From positions 148,674-212,673 of the forward strand of contig CAJBYO010000005.1 in NCBI GenBank assembly GCA_903959905.1: a stretch of DNA of 64,000 bases, given 5' to 3'. Shown here piece by piece: positions 59,200-64,000 of the stretch. The translations under genes were made by a program, and so were the position numbers. The stretch is from an uncultured Bacteroidales bacterium (lineage in GTDB: Bacteria > Bacteroidota > Bacteroidia > Bacteroidales > FEN-979). The stretch's first letter is position 1; every line of letters begins with the position of its first letter. The notes under the pieces are model-generated. The model searched no databases, was not told the origin of the DNA, and saw nothing but the letters and a program-made list of their open reading frames with translations.

Positions 59200-59247
59200 A
59201 TGGTGTATTGGTGAGATGGTGAAATGGTGAAATAGCGAAGTAGCGAA
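59200..59247 (+). repeat. Tandem octamer word array (6 units) filling the whole intergenic space between a stop codon and the waaA ATG
   Basis: atggtgta ttggtgag atggtgaa atggtgaa atagcgaa gtagcgaa in strict 8-nt phase. The stop TAA is at 59197-99 and the waaA ATG is at 59249. Confidence 0.85.
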
Positions 59248-59248
59248 A

Positions 59249-60499
59249 ATGAGGATACTGTATTCGACTGTAATAACTTTTTTCGGGCTGTTTATACGGT
59301 TTGCGGCGTTGTTCAATGGAAAGGCAAGGCTGTGGGTAGAGGGGCGCAAAGGGATTTTCGGGCATCTTGAAGAATTTTTGAAGCAGGTAAACCGCGAAAA
59401 ATGTCCTTTAGCCTGGTTTCATGTTTCCTCCCTGGGTGAGTTTGAACAGGGAAGGCCTGTCATCGAAGCTTTCAGGAAACGATGGCCGGAAAAGAAAATC
59501 CTGCTGACTTTTTTTTCACCCTCCGGCTATGAGGTCCGGAAAAATTATGAGCAGGCAGATTTTGTTTGTTACCTCCCGCTTGACAGCCGTTCCAACGCAA
59601 GGAGATTCCTGGAAATTGTGCGTCCGGAAATGGTGTTTTTTGTCAAGTATGACTTCTGGTTCAACTATATTGACGCAGTTCACAGGCGCCAAATACCATT
59701 GTATTTCATTTCCGTACTGTTCCGGAAAAATCAGCATTTTTTTAAATGGTATGGAGGCTGGTTCCACAAACATCTGGAATATGTGACCCGCTTTTTTGTT
59801 CAGAATGCCGAATCCCTTGAATTGTTGGTTAATTCAGGTATTCAGCAGGTTACGTTGTCCGGTGACACGCGTTTTGACCGGGTTTTTGCCATTGCTGCCC
59901 AATCGGGACCGATCCCGGCAATTGAAAAGTTCTGTGGCGGAAAACAGGTGTTTATTGCCGGCAGCAGCTGGGAGCCGGATGAAACCGTGTTCATCCCGCT
60001 TATTCAGTCGGGAAAATCCGGCCTGAAGTTCATCATCGCACCGCATGACACCTCCCCCTCACGCATCAGGAACATCAGGGAACGGCTGAAAGTTCCTTCG
60101 GTTTGCTTTTCAGAATTACAGAATGGCAACACAGGAGAAATCAATGTGCTCATCATTGATTCGGTCGGAATCCTGTCGAAACTTTACAGGTATGCAACAA
60201 TCGCCTTTATCGGCGGAGGATTTGGCAGTGGAATTCACAACATCCAGGAGCCGGTCACTTTTGGTGTTCCGGTGTTGTTTGGACCCGGCTTCAGGAGGTT
60301 CACGGAGGCCAGGGAACTGGTTGAACAGGGAGGGGCATTTTGTATTACCACAACGGACGAACTTTTAAGGAAAGTTGAGGCCATAACCGGGGATGCAGCT
60401 GAACACAGGCGGGTATCCGCGATTTGCCGGGATTATGTGGAGGCGAACCGGGGGGCGACGGAAAAGGTGATGGGGTACCTGGAGAAGGTGAGCGGGTGA
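59249..60499 (+). CDS. waaA: 3-deoxy-D-manno-octulosonic acid (Kdo) transferase
   Basis: WFHVSSLGEFEQGRPVIEAF (the WxHxxSxGE block of the Glycos_transf_N domain), with a GT-B C-terminal half. 416 aa. Confidence 0.85.
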   Translation: MRILYSTVITFFGLFIRFAALFNGKARLWVEGRKGIFGHLEEFLKQVNREKCPLAWFHVSSLGEFEQGRPVIEAFRKRWPEKKILLTFFSPSGYEVRKNYEQADFVCYLPLDSRSNARRFLEIVRPEMVFFVKYDFWFNYIDAVHRRQIPLYFISVLFRKNQHFFKWYGGWFHKHLEYVTRFFVQNAESLELLVNSGIQQVTLSGDTRFDRVFAIAAQSGPIPAIEKFCGGKQVFIAGSSWEPDETVFIPLIQSGKSGLKFIIAPHDTSPSRIRNIRERLKVPSVCFSELQNGNTGEINVLIIDSVGILSKLYRYATIAFIGGGFGSGIHNIQEPVTFGVPVLFGPGFRRFTEARELVEQGGAFCITTTDELLRKVEAITGDAAEHRRVSAICRDYVEANRGATEKVMGYLEKVSG

Positions 60500-62551
60500 T
60501 TACCAGATTTTTACACGGAGGCTGTCGGGGATCCACATGCGGTCGCCCTGTTTGATGCCAAAGGCTTCGTAGAATTCCGGAATGTTTGCAAGCGGTCCGA
60601 GCACCCTGAACTTAGCGGGGGAGTGGACATCACTTTTCACCTGGCTGGCAATGGCTTCCGGCCGGTCGTTAATCATCCATGCAAGGGCATATCCGAGGAA
60701 ATAACGCTGATCAGGCGTCAAACCCGCAATTTTCTCGCCGTTTTTAAATTGAGCGGTCTTTTTAAAAGCCTCATAGCCCATCACAGTTCCTGCAAGGTCG
60801 GCAATATTTTCTCCCTGGGTAAGGTCACCGTTCACATGAAGGCTGTCAACAGCGACGAACTGATCAAACTGGCGCACGATCATCTTCGTTTTCGCATAAA
60901 ACCTCACACTGTCATCCACGGTCCACCAGTTGAACAGGTTGCCATTTGCGTCGTACTTACTTCCCTGGTCATCAAAGCCGTGGGTTATCTCATGGCCGAA
61001 GGTCGATCCGCCAATGATGGAATAAAGAATGGCGTCATCCGCCAGTTTCCGTTCAAATCCCGGCACAATGATGTTGCATCCCGGTACGACGATTTCGTTG
61101 TTTGACGGGCTGTAGTAGGCATTGTAGGTTTGGGGTTCCATGTTCCATTCGGTACGGTCGACCGGCTTGCCGTATTTTGCGATCATGTAGCCAAACCACC
61201 ATTTATTTGCATTCATCACATTCTCAACGTAAGAGGTACGGTTGATCTGAAGCGCGCTGAGGTCCTTCCATTTGTCGGGATAACCGACTTTGATGATCAC
61301 TGCATCCAGTTTTTTAAGCGCTTTCACCTTGGTGGGTTCGCTCATCCAGTCAAGTGATTTGATCCGTTCTGCATAAACGGCCTTTATGGCATTTCCGATT
61401 TCGGTAAGCTTTTCTTTGGTGCCTTTCGGGAGGTATTCATCCACATAGATCTGGCCGATCAATTCACCCAGTGAACCGTCTGTTTCCTGTACAACGCGCT
61501 TCCACCTTGGTTTTGGCTCAGGAACACCGCGCAAAGTGGTGGAATAGAAGCTGAAAAACTCATTGTAGGTCTTGTCGTCAAGGTAGCGCGACAATCCATG
61601 GGACAGGTGGTATTTGAGGTAATTCTTCCAGGCGTCTGACGGAAACTTTTTCAGGTTCATGTTCAATGCTGAAAGGAATTCAGGTTGACCAACAATAACA
61701 GAATCAACACCATGCAGCCCGGTTCCTTCAAAAAACCGGGTCCAGTCAAAATCAGGGGAGATCTGTTTGAGCCTGGCAACGGCGAATTTGTTGTAGTTTT
61801 TAAGCGGGTCGCGTGTATCTGCACGTTTTCGTGAGCCTGAAGCCAGGGCGGTTTCAATTTTTACCACCTGTTCCGACGCCAGTTTTGCCTTGTCATCTGC
61901 ATAACCCATGATTTTGAACATGTTGGTAAGGTGTTCTGCATATTTGCCGCGGATCATCACTGCCCTGGCATCTTTGTCAAAGTAGAAATCACGGTCGGGC
62001 AAACTCAGGCCACCCTGGGAGATCATCACTGCATTTTTACTGCTGATCCGGTCGTCCTGTCCAATATAAAAGCCAAAAAGGGGAGAACCGGATACGGCAT
62101 GAACAGAAGCTGCTTCCCGGGCAATTTCTTTTACATCCTTCAGTGCGTCAATGCGGTCAAAACCTGCTTTCAGACCTGATAGCCCATTCTTGTTCAGCGT
62201 GATGCTGTCCATCCCGGAAAAGAAAAAGTCGCCTATTTTTTGCTTGTTGCTTCCGGGAACCGTTTTGGTATCAGATGCCGCAGATTCACAGATGTTTTTT
62301 ACCTGGCTGTTGATCGTATCCTGGATGAGTTGCCAGAGTCCGTTGCTTTGTTCGCTTGACGGGATGGGGTTTTCCCTGAACCATTTCCCATTTGCAAACT
62401 GGAAAAAATCGTCGCCCGGTTTCACTGTTGAATCAATGTGGGACGCCAGTGGATCAGGATCCTGTATATTGCTTTGGCCGGGACGGGAGTTGCAGGAAAT
62501 GGCGGTTGCCAGAAGGGCCATCGCGAGCAGATTCTGAAGGCGGTTGTTCAT
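60500..62551 (-). CDS. M13-family zinc metallopeptidase (PepO/neprilysin-like) lipoprotein
   Basis: Likely start MNNRLQNLLAMALLATAISC (lipobox) at 62551. NAYYSPSNNEIV, HEITHGFD (HExxH), GENIADLAG. Confidence 0.9.
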   Translation of the reverse strand: MNNRLQNLLAMALLATAISCNSRPGQSNIQDPDPLASHIDSTVKPGDDFFQFANGKWFRENPIPSSEQSNGLWQLIQDTINSQVKNICESAASDTKTVPGSNKQKIGDFFFSGMDSITLNKNGLSGLKAGFDRIDALKDVKEIAREAASVHAVSGSPLFGFYIGQDDRISSKNAVMISQGGLSLPDRDFYFDKDARAVMIRGKYAEHLTNMFKIMGYADDKAKLASEQVVKIETALASGSRKRADTRDPLKNYNKFAVARLKQISPDFDWTRFFEGTGLHGVDSVIVGQPEFLSALNMNLKKFPSDAWKNYLKYHLSHGLSRYLDDKTYNEFFSFYSTTLRGVPEPKPRWKRVVQETDGSLGELIGQIYVDEYLPKGTKEKLTEIGNAIKAVYAERIKSLDWMSEPTKVKALKKLDAVIIKVGYPDKWKDLSALQINRTSYVENVMNANKWWFGYMIAKYGKPVDRTEWNMEPQTYNAYYSPSNNEIVVPGCNIIVPGFERKLADDAILYSIIGGSTFGHEITHGFDDQGSKYDANGNLFNWWTVDDSVRFYAKTKMIVRQFDQFVAVDSLHVNGDLTQGENIADLAGTVMGYEAFKKTAQFKNGEKIAGLTPDQRYFLGYALAWMINDRPEAIASQVKSDVHSPAKFRVLGPLANIPEFYEAFGIKQGDRMWIPDSLRVKIW

Positions 62552-62639
62552 GGGGATTTTTTTATAAAAGTATTTTTTTACCGCGAAAGAAAACAGGAAA
62601 ATCTGTGAGTCCGGCGATTTAAACGATGTTCGTGTTAAT

Positions 62640-63023
62640 TCAATGCCTGAATGCAACCAGCAGGGCACCTGTAATGTATGCTGCTATCCACCACAGGTAG
62701 GCCCCCAAAGAGTAGCGGTGAATACCCGGGCTCACTTTGCTGCCCCGGTCATTTTTCCTGTAAAATCCCCAGATGAGTACAGCGTCAATGAACATGCCTG
62801 CCAGCGAAGAATATCCAAGAAACCCGTGAAGAGTAAATGGCCCACTGCTTGATCCAAGGATCATGAAGGCGGTGGCGGTTATGTCAAACAGAACGCCAAG
62901 TGTGAGGAAAGCCAGGATGGAGCCTGTTACCAGGTGTTTGCGTTGTTCAGAAATGATGGCTACGCTGTAGCAGATCAGTGCGATCTGTACCAGGATGATA
63001 CCGGCCAATGAATATGGATTCAT
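62640..63023 (-). CDS. Hypothetical 4-TM small membrane protein
   Basis: 127 aa with four hydrophobic segments. No family recognised. Confidence 0.5.
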   Translation of the reverse strand: MNPYSLAGIILVQIALICYSVAIISEQRKHLVTGSILAFLTLGVLFDITATAFMILGSSSGPFTLHGFLGYSSLAGMFIDAVLIWGFYRKNDRGSKVSPGIHRYSLGAYLWWIAAYITGALLVAFRH

Positions 63024-63040
63024 AAATTTTATGTTTAAGA

Positions 63041-64000
63041 TTAGTCTTCTGTAACTTCTTCTGAGCTACCGGGATGGTCGCCTGGAGCAATTCTGACCAG
63101 TGAGCTGAACAAAGCCTTGTCGGCAGTGAGCCTTCCCGCATTCCCGTATACGCAAAACGCATTCTGGTCAAGCACTTCGCGCACCAGTGCGGAATAACCA
63201 CGAATATCTTCGGGAGTAACCGATAATACTGCATCGCGGTCTTTTTGAACTTCGTCAGCCGTTCTGCGGGAGAAGAACATACTCACTGCCTGGTCGCCTT
63301 TTTGCGAAGGGGTAAGCGGTGAGTCCATCTCTGAAATGGTTCCGATGATATACCTTGTCATGCTTTGTGCATCTGCATCAAAGGAGGAGAGGTATTCCGG
63401 GGTCTGGTCAAAGTTATCAAGTGTGCTTCCGAGATTCGGGTCACGGTAAGAATTGAAGGTGAAATTTCCCCCCGGGGAAATGCTGCTGAATCCGCCATAG
63501 GCCCCGCCGATCACGCGAATACGTGTTTGAAGCCAGTCGGTGGAAAGCACCTGGTTGAGCACCCGCATTTTGCCGTCCCAGGCATGACCAAGATTTTTGT
63601 AATTGAAGCCTTTAACTACATACTGCACATTGGATGCCGCCAGCAGCCCCTCCGTCCGGATTTTCCGGTGAAAATTCCAGGCATTGTTCGCCGGGGTTAT
63701 ATTCGTCATCCGGCTGGCAAGAGATTCAAGTCCGGCTGCAAAACCGGCCTGGTCCTCTTTTGCGCCGGTTACCGAAACGATCATGTTGTTCCTCGAAAAG
63801 ATCGAAGAGGCAGCTTTCCTGATGTTCGCAATGACCTCAGCTGAATTTGCATCAAAATTTTTGAGCAGATCGGTCACAAACCAGTAGTAGGAAAGCCCCC
63901 CGGTGAGCTCGTTGAACATCCCGTTGTTGCTGATATAGGAAGAGAGGCGCCTGCTTGCCACATGGTAGCCGTTGCCTTTCATCTGGGCGTCGAGCTGCGA
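63041..64000 (-). CDS. M16-family (insulinase/PreP-like) peptidase, C-terminal part (partial; continues beyond the right edge)
   Basis: The ORF is open to the window end. The sequence (..RVIGGAYGGFSSISPGGNFTFNSYRDPNL..) resembles the M16C-associated C-terminal domain of PreP-like peptidases. Confidence 0.65.
   Translation of the reverse strand, partial: SQLDAQMKGNGYHVASRRLSSYISNNGMFNELTGGLSYYWFVTDLLKNFDANSAEVIANIRKAASSIFSRNNMIVSVTGAKEDQAGFAAGLESLASRMTNITPANNAWNFHRKIRTEGLLAASNVQYVVKGFNYKNLGHAWDGKMRVLNQVLSTDWLQTRIRVIGGAYGGFSSISPGGNFTFNSYRDPNLGSTLDNFDQTPEYLSSFDADAQSMTRYIIGTISEMDSPLTPSQKGDQAVSMFFSRRTADEVQKDRDAVLSVTPEDIRGYSALVREVLDQNAFCVYGNAGRLTADKALFSSLVRIAPGDHPGSSEEVTED

Overview
The window looks like a Bacteroidota chromosome segment. 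Evidence: a T9SS C-terminal sorting domain, a gldD-like lipoprotein, TAnnTTTG -7 promoter boxes, and no Shine-Dalgarno dependence. All family calls come from motifs read by eye in the ORF translations; no database search was possible.

Positions ~300-43,750 form one very large glycan biosynthesis and decoration super-locus. It contains:
- about 14 cytoplasmic glycosyltransferases (GT2, GT4, WbsX-like)
- two PAPS-type sulfotransferases and a secreted formylglycine-type sulfatase
- an RmlC/RmlD-like pair and an SDR epimerase
- a NodU/CmcH-type carbamoyltransferase with SxtJ-like and SxtK-like (DUF5989) membrane partners; the 49-aa SxtK-like gene is missing from the ORF track
- SAM methyltransferases
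- four polyprenyl-phosphate-sugar-synthase-like GT2s
- five very large polytopic membrane proteins that look GT-C-like (ArnT/PMT-like, TMTC-like with TPRs, DUF2142-like, and two unassigned)

I could not recognise a Wzx, Wzy, Wza/Wzc, ABC exporter or initiating phosphoglycosyltransferase in the window.

Positions ~43,900-64,000 are housekeeping genes: ssb, gldD-like, T9SS M14 carboxypeptidase, corA, DAHP synthase/chorismate mutase, asnS, recJ, pfkA, C69 dipeptidase, two OM beta-barrels, waaA, M13 and M16 peptidases.

Observations worth follow-up:
1. The sulfation plus carbamoylation plus GT-C architecture of the locus.
2. A GT2 carrying 15 tandem 11-residue (hendecad) repeats with a His/Tyr ladder.
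3. An A14 homopolymer in the linker of a three-domain glycosyltransferase, a candidate phase-variation switch.
4. A family of intergenic arrays made of tandem 7-11 nt words, often with inverted copies. Four of them start 0-2 nt from a stop codon.
5. An IS1595-like transposase remnant at the locus edge.

No rRNA, tRNA or CRISPR array was recognised.
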